Assembly (NCBI GenBank): GCA_023701125.1
Contig: JAMPXO010000011.1
Coordinates: forward strand, 1,218 to 65,217
Direction of reading: 5' to 3'
Length of the DNA: 64,000 bases
Source of the DNA: Vicinamibacteria bacterium
Lineage (GTDB): Bacteria; Acidobacteriota; Vicinamibacteria; Fen-336
Below, one piece after another: positions 17,667 to 27,135 of the stretch. A program made the position numbers and the translations under genes. The notes below the pieces were generated by a model. It saw only the letters and a program-made list of their open reading frames with translations, did no database searches and had not been told where the DNA came from. Every line of letters begins with the position of its first letter. Positions within the stretch are counted from its first letter, which is position 1.

Positions 17667-18956
17667 ATGCCGACGCCGGCGCGCCGCCTCGCCCACCGCG
17701 TGTTGCTGGCCGCAGAGCAGGTCGGCGGGTCCTCGCTTTCGACCCTGCTCAACACGCCGGAGAGCGAGCGGCTGGACGCCCGCGACCGCGGCTTCCTGCA
17801 CGAGTTGTGCGCGGGCAGCCTGCGCCGGCAGGGCACGATCGACGCGGCGCTGGTGGCCCAGCTCGATCGTCCGCTGGCACGGCTCGACCCGCCCGTGCGG
17901 GCCGCGTTGCGGCTGGGGGCGTACCAGCTCCTGTTCACCCGCGTGCCACCGCGGGCTGCGGTCTCGGAAAGCGTCGAGCTCGCGCCCGGGCGCGGCCGCG
18001 GCTTCGTCAACGCGGTGCTGCGCGCGCTCGCCCGCTCGGGCGCGGCGGCCGAACCCGACCCGGTCGCCGATCCCCGCAGTTGGCTGACGCGGACCGGCTC
18101 GCTGCCCGACTGGCTGGCCGAGCGCTGGCTGCAGCGGCTCGGGCCCGAGCGGGCCGTGGCCCGCGCCCGCGCACAACTCGGCGTGCCCCCGGTCCATTTC
18201 CGGCTCAACCCCGCGCGCGCCGCCGAGCACGCGGCGGCCCTCGAGGCGCTGTGCCCGCGCCCGCTGCCGATCGCGGGCGCCTTCGAGGCGACGGCCGGCG
18301 ACGCCCAGCCGTGGAGCGAACGCGGCGTCATCTACCTCCAGGACGCGGGTGCGCAACTGGTGGCGCGACTGGCCGCGACGCCCGGGCGCGCGCTCGACGC
18401 CTGCGCCGCGCCGGGCGGCAAGTCGCTGCTGCTGGCCGACGCGGGGGCCCGGCTCGTGGTGGCGGCCGAGGCCGCGGCGCCGCGCGCCCGCACGCTGCGC
18501 CAACTGGTCGCTCGCTGGGGAGCCGCAGAGCGCGTGCGTCCCGTGCAGGCCGACGGCACGCGCCCGCCGTTCAAGCCCGGGTCGTTCGACACGGTGCTGG
18601 TCGACGCGCCGTGCTCGGGCCTCGGCACGCTCGGCCGCCACCCGGACATTCGCTGGCGCGTCACCGCGGCCGACCTGCCCCGCCAGGCCGCGCGCCAGGC
18701 CTCGCTGCTGGCGGCCTGCGCGCCGCTGGTCGTGCCGGGCGGCCTGCTCGTGTACGCGACCTGCTCCACCGAGCCCGAGGAGAACGAGGACGTGGTGGCC
18801 GCGTTCCTCGCGGCCCGCGCCGACTACGCGCTCGAGCCGGCCCCGGAATGGGCCGCGCCGTTCGCCGAGGGCGATCACGTGCGCGCCACGCCCGAGGGCC
18901 ACGGCACCGAGGCGTTCTTCGCGGCGCTCCTCCGCAGGCGCGCGGGTGGCTCGTGA
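17667..18956 (+). CDS. rsmB: 16S rRNA (cytosine967-C5)-methyltransferase RsmB/Sun
   Basis: NusB-like N-term, LDACAAPGGKS, VLVDAPCSGLGT, YATCS motifs. Confidence 0.85.
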   Translation: MPTPARRLAHRVLLAAEQVGGSSLSTLLNTPESERLDARDRGFLHELCAGSLRRQGTIDAALVAQLDRPLARLDPPVRAALRLGAYQLLFTRVPPRAAVSESVELAPGRGRGFVNAVLRALARSGAAAEPDPVADPRSWLTRTGSLPDWLAERWLQRLGPERAVARARAQLGVPPVHFRLNPARAAEHAAALEALCPRPLPIAGAFEATAGDAQPWSERGVIYLQDAGAQLVARLAATPGRALDACAAPGGKSLLLADAGARLVVAAEAAAPRARTLRQLVARWGAAERVRPVQADGTRPPFKPGSFDTVLVDAPCSGLGTLGRHPDIRWRVTAADLPRQAARQASLLAACAPLVVPGGLLVYATCSTEPEENEDVVAAFLAARADYALEPAPEWAAPFAEGDHVRATPEGHGTEAFFAALLRRRAGGS

Positions 18957-18996
18957 TAACCTCGCTTTTTCGCCTCGGTTTCGAGGCCAATCCCGC

Positions 18997-19731
18997 GTGA
19001 CCGAGACCCGATCCCTGCCCCGCCTCCTGCGCCTGCTGGTCCTCGGCGCCGCGCTCTCCGCGGTCGCCGGCGCCACCGCGCTCGCCACCATGCGTCGCGT
19101 GCTGGACGCCCAGGAAGTCGTGGTTCCCGACCTCAGGGCCCGCCGCGTGGCCGAGGCGGGCGCGCTGGCGGCCGAGCACCGGCTGGGGGTTCGCGTCGAA
19201 GGCCGCCGCCACGACCCGCGCGTCGAAGAGGGCAAGGTGGCGGCTCAGGAACCCGACGCCGGCGCGACACTCAAGGCCGGCCGCAGCGTCAAGGTCTGGC
19301 TCAGCCTCGGCCCGCGGCGGATCGTGGTCCCCGACGTCCGCGGGCAGACCATGCGCGCGGCCCGCCTCGCCCTCGAGCAGGCCGGCGCCCCGGTGGCGCG
19401 CGTGCTCGAGGCGCCCGGTCCCGCCGCCGAAGACACCGTGATGCTGCAGGAGCCGCCGCCGGGGCCCGCCGAGGACCTCGGGGCCGGCGCCTCGATCCTG
19501 GTCTCGCGCGGTCCGGCCGGCGCCGACTACGTGATGCCGGACGTGATCGGCCGCCCGGGCGAGGACGTGATGCTCTCCCTGCGGGCCGCGGGGCTCTCCG
19601 TCACAGCGGTGCCCGGCAAGCTGTACCCCGGCGCTCCCGCCGGCGCGGTGCTCAAGCAGACGCCCGCTTCCGGCCACCGCGTCAGCCCGCGCAGTGTCGT
19701 CACCCTCGAGCTCAACGGCGGTGCCTCGTGA
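18997..19731 (+). CDS. membrane-anchored PASTA-repeat protein (three PASTA domains, no kinase or transpeptidase domain)
   Basis: GTG start; N-terminal TM LLRLLVLGAALSAVAGATALA; three ...VPDVRGQ...A...L...G..V repeats (VVPDLRARRV..., VVPDVRGQTMRAARLALEQAG..., VMPDVIGRPGEDVMLSLRAAGL...). Confidence 0.7.
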   Translation: MTETRSLPRLLRLLVLGAALSAVAGATALATMRRVLDAQEVVVPDLRARRVAEAGALAAEHRLGVRVEGRRHDPRVEEGKVAAQEPDAGATLKAGRSVKVWLSLGPRRIVVPDVRGQTMRAARLALEQAGAPVARVLEAPGPAAEDTVMLQEPPPGPAEDLGAGASILVSRGPAGADYVMPDVIGRPGEDVMLSLRAAGLSVTAVPGKLYPGAPAGAVLKQTPASGHRVSPRSVVTLELNGGAS

Positions 19732-20378
19732 TCCTCGCGCCTTCGATCCTCTCCGCCGATTTCGCGCGCCTCGGCGAAGCCGTGCAGGCCGTCGAGCGGG
19801 GCGGTGCGGACATCGTCCACGTCGACGTGATGGACGGCCACTTCGTGCCCAACCTGACGATCGGCCCCGACGTGGTCAAGGCGCTGCGGCGCTCGACACC
19901 ACTGCCGCTCGACGTCCACCTGATGATCGAGCACGCGGACCGCTGGCTCGACGCGTACGTCGACGCCGGCGCTTCGTGGGTCAGCGTGCACGTCGAGGCG
20001 GTGCCCCACCTGCACCGCGCCATCAGCCACCTGCGCAGCCGTGGCGTGCAGCCGGGCGTGGCGCTGAATCCCGCCACGCCGCTGTCGACGCTCGAGGAGA
20101 TCCTGCCCGAGCTGCATCACGTGCTGTTGATGTCGGTCAACCCCGGCTTCGGCGGCCAGAAGTTCATCCCGGCGGCGCTCGACAAGATCGGCCGCCTGAA
20201 GGCGATGATCCACGACCGCGGGCTGTCGACGAAGATCGAGGTCGACGGCGGCGTGGGGGCGGGCAACGGCAAGGCGCTGCTTCAGGCTGGCGCGGAAGTG
20301 CTGGTCGCCGGCAACGCGGTGTTCGCGGGCGGCGACCCGGAGCAGGGCGTGCGCGACCTGCGGTCCGCCTGCTCGTGA
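19728..20378 (+). CDS. rpe: ribulose-phosphate 3-epimerase
   Basis: ILAPSILSADFARLGE..., VHVDVMDGHFVPN, VNPGFGGQKF. Confidence 0.9.
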   Translation: MILAPSILSADFARLGEAVQAVERGGADIVHVDVMDGHFVPNLTIGPDVVKALRRSTPLPLDVHLMIEHADRWLDAYVDAGASWVSVHVEAVPHLHRAISHLRSRGVQPGVALNPATPLSTLEEILPELHHVLLMSVNPGFGGQKFIPAALDKIGRLKAMIHDRGLSTKIEVDGGVGAGNGKALLQAGAEVLVAGNAVFAGGDPEQGVRDLRSACS

Positions 20379-20776
20379 GTGCCCGCAGCGCCGTGTCGCA
20401 GTTGCGGGTGCGCTACGCCGAGACCGACCAGATGGGCGTCGCCTGGCACGGCGGCTACCTCGCGTGGTTCGAGGTCGCCCGCACCGACCTGCTGCGCGGC
20501 TTCGGCACGACCTACAAGGAGATGGAGGCCCAGGGCTTGAGATTGCCCGTGATCGCCGCGCAAGCGCGCTACCTGAAACCGGCCCTGTACGACGACGTGC
20601 TGAACGTCACCGTGCGCATCGCGCAGTTGACGCGGGTGCGGATGGCGTTCGACTACGAGGTCCGACGCGACGGCGAGCAGGTGGTGCTGGCCACCGGCCG
20701 CACCGAGCACGCGGTCGTCGACCTGCGCGGCCGGCCCTGCCGGCTGCCCGAGCCGCTGCGGCAGGTGCTGGCGTGA
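20375..20776 (+). CDS. acyl-CoA thioesterase (4HBT/YbgC-FadM family)
   Basis: GTG start overlapping rpe stop; LRVRYAETDQMGVAWHGGYLAWFEVARTDLLR hot-dog fold motif. Confidence 0.7.
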   Translation: MSARSAVSQLRVRYAETDQMGVAWHGGYLAWFEVARTDLLRGFGTTYKEMEAQGLRLPVIAAQARYLKPALYDDVLNVTVRIAQLTRVRMAFDYEVRRDGEQVVLATGRTEHAVVDLRGRPCRLPEPLRQVLA

Positions 20777-21711
20777 GGGCGCTGGTCACCGGCGCCGCCG
20801 GCTTCATCGGCTCCACCCTCTGCGAGCGGCTGCTCGCCTCCGGCGCCGAGGTGCGCGCGATCGACGGCTTCGTCGACTACTACCCGCGCGCGGTGAAGGA
20901 GGGCAACCTCGCCACCAGCCGCGCGTCGAAGCATTTCCAGTTCCACGAGGGACTGCTGCAGGAGACCGACCTCGGTCCGCTGCTCGCGGGCGTCGACGTG
21001 GTGTTCCACCTCGCCGCCCAGGCGGGCGTGCGCGCGTCCTGGGGCCGCGACTTCCGCCTCTACACCGACCACAACGTGCTCGGCACCCAGGTCGTGCTCG
21101 AGGCGGCCCTGCAGGCGGGTCGGCCGCGGGTCGTGTACGCGTCGTCGTCGTCGGTCTACGGCGACACGCCCGCACTGCCGCTGCGCGAGGACGGCCACTG
21201 CCACCCGGTCTCGCCCTACGGCGTGACCAAGCTGGCGGCCGAGCATCTGGTCCAGCTCTACAACCGCAACCACGGCCTGCACGTGAGCAGCCTGCGCTTC
21301 TTCACGGTGTACGGGCCGCGGCAGCGGCCGGACATGGCCTTCCACAAGTTCCTGAAGGCGGCGCGCGACGGCCAGCCGATCCACGTCTACGGCGACGGCA
21401 GCCAGACCCGCGACTTCACGTTCGTCGACGACATCGTGACGGCCCTGGTGCGGGCCGCGGCGGACGGCCGCGCGGGCGGGGTCTACAACGTCGGCGGCGG
21501 CCAGCGGGTGGCGCTGATGGACGTGATCCGCACGATCGAGCGCGTGTCCGGCAGGAGCATCGAAGTGATCCACGAGGAGGCCCAGAAGGGCGACATGCGC
21601 GACACCTTTGCCGACACCACCGCGGCGGCCACGGACCTCGGGTTCCGCTCCACCGTCGCACTCGAGGACGGCCTGGCCCGCGAGTGGGCCTGGATCCGGA
21701 GCCTCGCGTGA
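20773..21711 (+). CDS. NAD-dependent epimerase/dehydratase (UDP-sugar epimerase-like)
   Basis: GTG start; LVTGAAGFIGS Rossmann, YASSSSVYG, YGVTK catalytic motif. Confidence 0.8.
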   Translation: MRALVTGAAGFIGSTLCERLLASGAEVRAIDGFVDYYPRAVKEGNLATSRASKHFQFHEGLLQETDLGPLLAGVDVVFHLAAQAGVRASWGRDFRLYTDHNVLGTQVVLEAALQAGRPRVVYASSSSVYGDTPALPLREDGHCHPVSPYGVTKLAAEHLVQLYNRNHGLHVSSLRFFTVYGPRQRPDMAFHKFLKAARDGQPIHVYGDGSQTRDFTFVDDIVTALVRAAADGRAGGVYNVGGGQRVALMDVIRTIERVSGRSIEVIHEEAQKGDMRDTFADTTAAATDLGFRSTVALEDGLAREWAWIRSLA

Positions 21712-22580
21712 AGCGCGTCGTCGCCGCCCTCGCCCTGCTGGCGCTCGCCGGCTGCGGCCATGGCGGCCCCGTCGACATCGCCTCCCTGGCCAGCAACTCC
21801 GCCCAGGTCGTCTGGGAGGCCGGCCAGAAAGCCGCCGAGAAGAAGCAGTGGGACGCGGCCCGCCAGCACTTCCGCCGCATCATCGACGGCTTCCCGCAGA
21901 GCGACCTGGTGCCCGAGGCGCGCCTGGCCCTGGGCGAGAGCTACTTCAAGGAGGGCGGCACCGCGAACTGGATCCTGGCGGCCGCGGCCTACAAGGAGTT
22001 CCTGACCTTCTACCCCTCCCACCCGCGCGCCGACTTCGCGCAGTTCATGGTCGCCGAGAGCCACTTCGAGCAGCGCAACCCCCCGGACCGCGACCAGAAG
22101 GCGACGATGGAGGCGCTCGAGGAGTTCGACCGCCTGCTCCAGTTGTTCCCGGAGTCGGCCCACGTCGAGACCACGCGGGAGCGCATCACGACCTGCCGGC
22201 AGAGCCTGGCGCGGGCCGAGTTCGTCGCCGGCTACTTCTACCAGAAGACCCGCCAGGCGTGGCGGGCCGCGATCCAGCGCTACGAGTTCCTGCTGAAGGA
22301 ATACCCCGACTACGCTGGCCTGGACGAGGTGCTGTTCCGCACCGCCCAGTGCAAGTCCTTCCAGGCCCAGCCCGCCGAGGCGCTGCCGCTCCTGGCCCGG
22401 CTCTTCGAGGAGTTCCCGGACTCGGCCCTGACGGTCGACGCCCGAGCCCTCGAAGCCGAGGTCCGCGCGATGCCGATGCCCGGCGTGCCGGCCGTGCTGG
22501 CCCCGGAGGATGCCCCGGCAGCCGCCCCCTCGCCCAGCCCCAGCCCCGCCGCCAGTCCTCAAGCATCACTTGAGCCGTGA
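21684..22580 (+). CDS. bamD: outer membrane protein assembly factor BamD (YfiO-like TPR lipoprotein)
   Basis: Lipoprotein signal with lipobox LLALAGC. TPR-like repeats (AARQHFRRIIDGFPQSDLVPEARLALGESYFK...). An alternative GTG start at 21708 overlaps the upstream stop codon. Confidence 0.7.
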   Translation: MGLDPEPRVKRVVAALALLALAGCGHGGPVDIASLASNSAQVVWEAGQKAAEKKQWDAARQHFRRIIDGFPQSDLVPEARLALGESYFKEGGTANWILAAAAYKEFLTFYPSHPRADFAQFMVAESHFEQRNPPDRDQKATMEALEEFDRLLQLFPESAHVETTRERITTCRQSLARAEFVAGYFYQKTRQAWRAAIQRYEFLLKEYPDYAGLDEVLFRTAQCKSFQAQPAEALPLLARLFEEFPDSALTVDARALEAEVRAMPMPGVPAVLAPEDAPAAAPSPSPSPAASPQASLEP

Positions 22581-22728
22581 TCAAAAACCCCTTGACCTCG
22601 CGTTCCTTTTCCTGTTAGCGTCGCGGCAACTCTCGGGTGTGAGCTACGGGCGGACCACGGCCGGCAAACGGTCTCGCTCGACGGCAAACCCGGTCGAGGA
22701 CGGCAGGAAGGCCGTCAGGAGGTAGGCT

Positions 22729-23847
22729 GTGAGGTCCAATCGCTACGCGTTGCTCTGCGGCGCCGCGCTCGTCCTGACCGCCGGGATTGCCCGGGGCCAG
22801 GCCGCCGAGCCGGCCCCTTCGCCCGCGGCGGCCGCGAAGGTGGGACCGGCCACCATCGCGCCCCACTGGTCGAAGTACACCTATCCGGACACCGTGCCCG
22901 AGGGTGCCGCCTACCACCTGATCGAAAAGGGCGACACGCTCTGGGATCTGTCGGGCCGCTATCTCGGTACCCCGTACCTGTGGCCCCAGATCTGGGAGCA
23001 GAACAAGTACATCACCGACGCCCACTGGATCTACCCGGGCGATCCGCTGGTGCTGCCAGCGCTCGACGTCGTGGCGTCCTCGGCGGGCCAGGGTGGCGAA
23101 GGGATGGACGACGACGAGGACGAGGTGGCACCTGCCGTCGAAGCGCCCGAGACCGTCCTCTACCCCATCTCCGAGGAGTTCACGATCTTCTGCGCCGGTG
23201 CGCTGGCGAGTTCGCCCGAGGACCAGAGCTTCAAGATCCTCGGCTCCGAGGAGACCCGGCTCCGCATGACCTTCGCTGACCGCGACATCATCTACCTGAA
23301 CAAGGGCGCGGCCGCCGGCGTGCGCGCCGGCGATGTGTACTCGATCCACCGTCCCGGCGCCGAGGTCAAGCACCCCAGCACCCGCAAGCACTTCGGCACC
23401 CGCATCGACAACATCGGTCGCCTGCGCGTGATCCTGGTCCACGAGCGCTCCGCGACGGCCGTGATCGAGAACGCCTGCCAGGAGGTCCAGATCGGCGATT
23501 ACCTCAAGCCCAACGAGCCGATCAACGTGCCCCTGGCCGTCCGTCGCGACCCCGCGGACCGGATGACCCCGCCCTCCGGCAAGGCCGACGGCTGGGTGGT
23601 CGAGATCGGCCTCGGCGGCGAGGCGGCCGCCACGGGCAACATGGTCACCATCGACATGGGCTCGGCGGCCGGCATCGCCCCGGGCAACCTGCTCGTCGCC
23701 TACCGGTTCACTCACCCCGGCGACGCCACCCAGCGCTACGTGCTGGGTGATCTCGCGGTCGTGGCGGTGCGCGAGAAGAGCGCCACCGCCAAGGTCGTCT
23801 ACTCCACGGACGTGATCGAGGCGGGCGACCGGGTCGAGCTCCGCTAG
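22729..23847 (+). CDS. secreted LysM domain protein
   Basis: GTG start after aggagg RBS; signal peptide; LysM YHLIEKGDTLWDLSGRYLGTPYLWPQIWEQN... Confidence 0.7.
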   Translation: MRSNRYALLCGAALVLTAGIARGQAAEPAPSPAAAAKVGPATIAPHWSKYTYPDTVPEGAAYHLIEKGDTLWDLSGRYLGTPYLWPQIWEQNKYITDAHWIYPGDPLVLPALDVVASSAGQGGEGMDDDEDEVAPAVEAPETVLYPISEEFTIFCAGALASSPEDQSFKILGSEETRLRMTFADRDIIYLNKGAAAGVRAGDVYSIHRPGAEVKHPSTRKHFGTRIDNIGRLRVILVHERSATAVIENACQEVQIGDYLKPNEPINVPLAVRRDPADRMTPPSGKADGWVVEIGLGGEAAATGNMVTIDMGSAAGIAPGNLLVAYRFTHPGDATQRYVLGDLAVVAVREKSATAKVVYSTDVIEAGDRVELR

Positions 23848-23868
23848 ACCCGACTTCGCGAGTCCTCG

Positions 23869-23912
23869 CTGCGGCCTCGGCTCCCCTCGGGGGTCGGGGC
23901 CGCAGGTGTTTT
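23869..23912 (+). terminator. intrinsic terminator-like hairpin + T-run after the LysM gene
   Basis: ctgcggcctcggctcccctcgggggtcggggccgcag (long GC stem) followed by gtgttttc. Confidence 0.5.
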
Positions 23913-23933
23913 CGGGCCCGGCAGGTCAGTACC

Positions 23934-24488
23934 TCAGTGGCGCGGGGCGCCCCACACGGCCTCGCGGCCGTGGCGCACGAAGTAGTCGATGCCGGACCAG
24001 ACCGCGATGCCGACGACGACCCACAGGGCGAACCGGCCGAGCGGCAGCAGCATCGGCAGCTCGAGCGCGAGGATCAGCACCGAGATGGCCACGACCTGCG
24101 CGACCATCTTCGACTTGCCGAGGCCCGAGGCTGCGATCACGAGGCCCCTGCCGGTCGCCAGCGTGCGCAACCAGGTCACCGCGAACTCGCGACCGATGAT
24201 GATCACCGCCATCCAGGCCGGCACGCTGCCCAGTTCCACCAGCGCGATGAACGCCGCCGACGTCAGCAGCTTGTCGGCGATCGGGTCGAGCAGAATGCCG
24301 AGCTTGGTGACCTGGTTGCGGCGGCGCGCCAGGTAGCCGTCGAGCCAGTCCGTGAGCACGGCCACGGCGAACACGAAAGCTCCGGCGATCGTCCCGTGTG
24401 GGGTCCGGGTCAGCAGCAGCGCGACCAGCAGCGGCACCAGGAAGATCCGCAGCAGGGTCAACGCCACCGGCAGGTTCACGGCGGCCAT
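23934..24488 (-). CDS. pgsA: CDP-alcohol phosphatidyltransferase (CDP-diacylglycerol--glycerol-3-phosphate 3-phosphatidyltransferase-like)
   Basis: 184 aa; ...DWLDGYLARRRNQVTKLGILLDPIADK... CDP-OH_P_transf motif D-G-x2-A-R-x8-G-x3-D-x3-D. Confidence 0.8.
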   Translation of the reverse strand: MAAVNLPVALTLLRIFLVPLLVALLLTRTPHGTIAGAFVFAVAVLTDWLDGYLARRRNQVTKLGILLDPIADKLLTSAAFIALVELGSVPAWMAVIIIGREFAVTWLRTLATGRGLVIAASGLGKSKMVAQVVAISVLILALELPMLLPLGRFALWVVVGIAVWSGIDYFVRHGREAVWGAPRH

Positions 24489-24529
24489 TCGCCAGCGCCT
24501 CTCCCAGCCAGGGACGTCCGAGCCCGGGT

Positions 24530-25855
24530 CTAGAGCTTCTGCAGATTCGGCGACTGGATGCCGCGCGTCGCGTTGCGGGTGTCGACCACCAGCCGCGCCG
24601 ACTTCACGACCTCGGCCCAGGGCAGACCCGTGTGGTCCGTGACGATCAGCACGGCATCCGCCTCGCGCACCGCCGGCATCAGCTCGACCGACATCTCCAC
24701 CTGGTCGCCGAAGCGGACCGAGGGCACGAACGGATCGTGGAACGAAACCGTCGCGCCGCGCGCGCGCAGCACGTTGATGATGTCGAGCGCGGGCGACTCG
24801 CGCACGTCGTCGATGTCCTTCTTGTAGGCGACACCCACGATCAGGATGCGGCTGCCGTTGACGGCCTTCTTCTGGTCGTTCAGCGCCAGCGCGACCCGCT
24901 CGCAGACGTACTCCGGCATCTCGGAGTTGATCTCCCCCGCCAGCTCGATGAACCTGGCGCGGTAGTTGAGCGTCTTCATCTTCCACGACAGGTACAGCGG
25001 GTCGATCGGGATGCAGTGGCCGCCCAGGCCCGGGCCCGGGTAGAAGGGCATGAAGCCGAACGGCTTGCTGGCCGCGGCCTCGATCACCTCCCAGACGTCC
25101 ACGCCGAGCCGCTCGCACATCAGCGCGACCTCGTTGACGAGGCCGATGTTGACGCTGCGGAACGTGTTCTCGAGCAGCTTGACCATCTCCGCGGTGCGGG
25201 TCGAGGACACCTTGATGATGGTGTCGATCGCGCGCGAGTACAGCGCCTGGGCTGCCGCCGAGCAGGCCGGCGTCACGCCGCCGATGATCTTGGGCGTGTT
25301 GCGGGTGTGGAATTTCGGGTTGCCCGGGTCGACCCGCTCCGGCGAGAACGCCAGGAAGAAGTCGACGCCGGCCTTCAGGCCGCCGCGCTCCAGGATCGGC
25401 TGGATCAGTTCTTCGGTGGTGCCCGGGTAGGTCGTGCTCTCGAGCACGATCAACTGGCCAGGGCGCTGGTGCTGGGCAATCGCCTCGGAGGCGTCGACCA
25501 CCATCTGCAGGTCCGGGTCCTTGGTCTTGCTGAGCGGGGTCGGCACGCAGATGATGATCGCGTCGCACTCGGCGAGGCCAGCGAAGTCCGAACTGGCCGA
25601 CAGCCGACCGGCCGCGACGTGCTCCGCGACCCGCGCCGCCGGCACGTCCTTCACATAGGACTCGCCGCGATTGATGGCGGCGACCTTGTCCTCCAGGATG
25701 TCGAAACCGCGCACCGTCAGGCCGGCGCTCGCGAACTCGACGGCGAGCGGCAGGCCCACGTAGCCGAGGCCGATGGTTCCGACCCGCGCCTGGCCGGACT
25801 GAATGCGCGCGACGAGCGCGGCCTGCTTCTGGTTCACGACCCCGGGTTCGGACAT
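24530..25855 (-). CDS. nucleotide-sugar dehydrogenase (UDP-glucose/UDP-N-acetyl-mannosamine 6-dehydrogenase family)
   Basis: 441 aa; GTIGLGYVGLP Rossmann, GFSPERV, catalytic GGHCIPID. Confidence 0.85.
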   Translation of the reverse strand: MSEPGVVNQKQAALVARIQSGQARVGTIGLGYVGLPLAVEFASAGLTVRGFDILEDKVAAINRGESYVKDVPAARVAEHVAAGRLSASSDFAGLAECDAIIICVPTPLSKTKDPDLQMVVDASEAIAQHQRPGQLIVLESTTYPGTTEELIQPILERGGLKAGVDFFLAFSPERVDPGNPKFHTRNTPKIIGGVTPACSAAAQALYSRAIDTIIKVSSTRTAEMVKLLENTFRSVNIGLVNEVALMCERLGVDVWEVIEAAASKPFGFMPFYPGPGLGGHCIPIDPLYLSWKMKTLNYRARFIELAGEINSEMPEYVCERVALALNDQKKAVNGSRILIVGVAYKKDIDDVRESPALDIINVLRARGATVSFHDPFVPSVRFGDQVEMSVELMPAVREADAVLIVTDHTGLPWAEVVKSARLVVDTRNATRGIQSPNLQKL

Positions 25856-26047
25856 GGCGTGCTTCTTCGGCTCCTTGGTGAACGCTCTCGCGGGTCACCC
25901 GCGGCGCGGCGCTGGACTATACGGAATGGGGCCCCGCCCTGTCAAACCAGGAACCTCGCAAGTCCCTCGTTTTTCGTGAGATAGCCCCGTAACACCGGCG
26001 TCGCACGGGAGCCCTGCTAAGATCGCCGCCTTCTGGCGGGAGGCGCC

Positions 26048-27115
26048 TTGAAATCGGTCATCCTGGCGGGGGGCGAGGGCACGCGCCTGAGGCCTCTCAC
26101 CCTGCAGTTGCCCAAGCCGGTCGTACCCGTGCTCGACCGCCCGTTCCTGCAGTACCAGTTGGACCTGCTGGCGAGCGCGGGCGTCCGGGACGTGGTGTTC
26201 TCGGTGGCGTACCAGCCCGACCGCGTGCGGCGGGTGTTCGGCGACGGCTCCGCGATCGGCCGCAACATCATCTACGCGATCGAGGACACGCCGCTCGGCA
26301 CCGGCGGCGCGGTGCGCAACGCCTGGCCGCACCTGGACGACCTGACCGTCGTGTTCAACGGCGACGTGCTGACCGACGTCGACCTGCCGAAGGTCGTGGC
26401 CGACCACCGCGCATCGGGCGCCACCGCCACGATCGTGCTCTACCCCGTGCCCAACCCGGCGGCCTACGGCCTGGTCGAGTTCGACGGCTCCTCGCGGGTG
26501 ACGCGCTTCCTCGAGAAGCCGAAGCCCGAGGAGATCACGACCGACACCATCAACGCCGGCATCTACGTGCTCGACAGCCGCGCCCTCGAGCTGATCCCGC
26601 CCGGCGTCAGCCACTCGATCGAGCGCGGCTTCTTCCCCGCCCTGCTCCAGCGCGGCGACCTGGTCCGCGCCCACGTCCACCGCGGCTACTGGATCGACAT
26701 CGGGACCCCGGAGAAGTACCTCCAGGTCCACGCCGACCTGCTCGACGGCCGCTTCCCGCATGCGATCGCGGCGCCCGAGCGTGGGCCGCGCGCCTTCGTC
26801 GACGCGGCCGCAAGCGTGTCCGACGGCGCCCGCCTCGAGGGCCCCTGCTACGTGGGCCCGGGCTGCCGCATCGAGCAAGGCGCGGTCGTCGGTCCCGGCG
26901 CCGTGCTGACCCGCGACGTCGCCCTCGCGTCGGGCGCGCGGGTCGAGTCCAGCGTGCTGTGGGCAGGCTGCACGCTGGGCCCGGAGGCCCGCGTGCGCGG
27001 CGCCCTGCTCGCCTCGAAGGTCGCCGTCGGCGCCCACGCCCAGGTCGGCCCCGGCGCCTGCCTCGGCGAGGACGCCCGCATTCCCGATCACAGCCGGCTC
27101 TGCGCCGGCGCCTGA
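26048..27115 (+). CDS. NDP-sugar pyrophosphorylase (mannose-1-phosphate guanylyltransferase-like) with C-terminal left-handed beta-helix
   Basis: TTG start; KSVILAGGEGTRLRPLT; C-terminal hexapeptide repeats. Confidence 0.8.
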   Translation: MKSVILAGGEGTRLRPLTLQLPKPVVPVLDRPFLQYQLDLLASAGVRDVVFSVAYQPDRVRRVFGDGSAIGRNIIYAIEDTPLGTGGAVRNAWPHLDDLTVVFNGDVLTDVDLPKVVADHRASGATATIVLYPVPNPAAYGLVEFDGSSRVTRFLEKPKPEEITTDTINAGIYVLDSRALELIPPGVSHSIERGFFPALLQRGDLVRAHVHRGYWIDIGTPEKYLQVHADLLDGRFPHAIAAPERGPRAFVDAAASVSDGARLEGPCYVGPGCRIEQGAVVGPGAVLTRDVALASGARVESSVLWAGCTLGPEARVRGALLASKVAVGAHAQVGPGACLGEDARIPDHSRLCAGA

Positions 27116-27135
27116 ACCCGAAGCAAGGACGCGCC

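Noticed and set aside
18957-18996. Hairpin gcctcggtttcgaggc after rsmB as a terminator
   Set aside because: The stem is short with no downstream T-run, and the PASTA gene starts immediately after. It is more likely read-through.
16683-19235. 850-aa minus-strand ORF and 633-aa plus-strand ORF (17099..19000) across fmt/rsmB
   Set aside because: Low-complexity Arg/Ala/Gly composition. They overlap fmt and rsmB, which have unmistakable motifs.
22581-22728. Possible structured leader or riboswitch upstream of the LysM gene (repeated ggcaaac motifs, weak TTGACC -35)
   Set aside because: I could not draw a consistent conserved secondary structure or match a known riboswitch class. It would need a covariance-model search.
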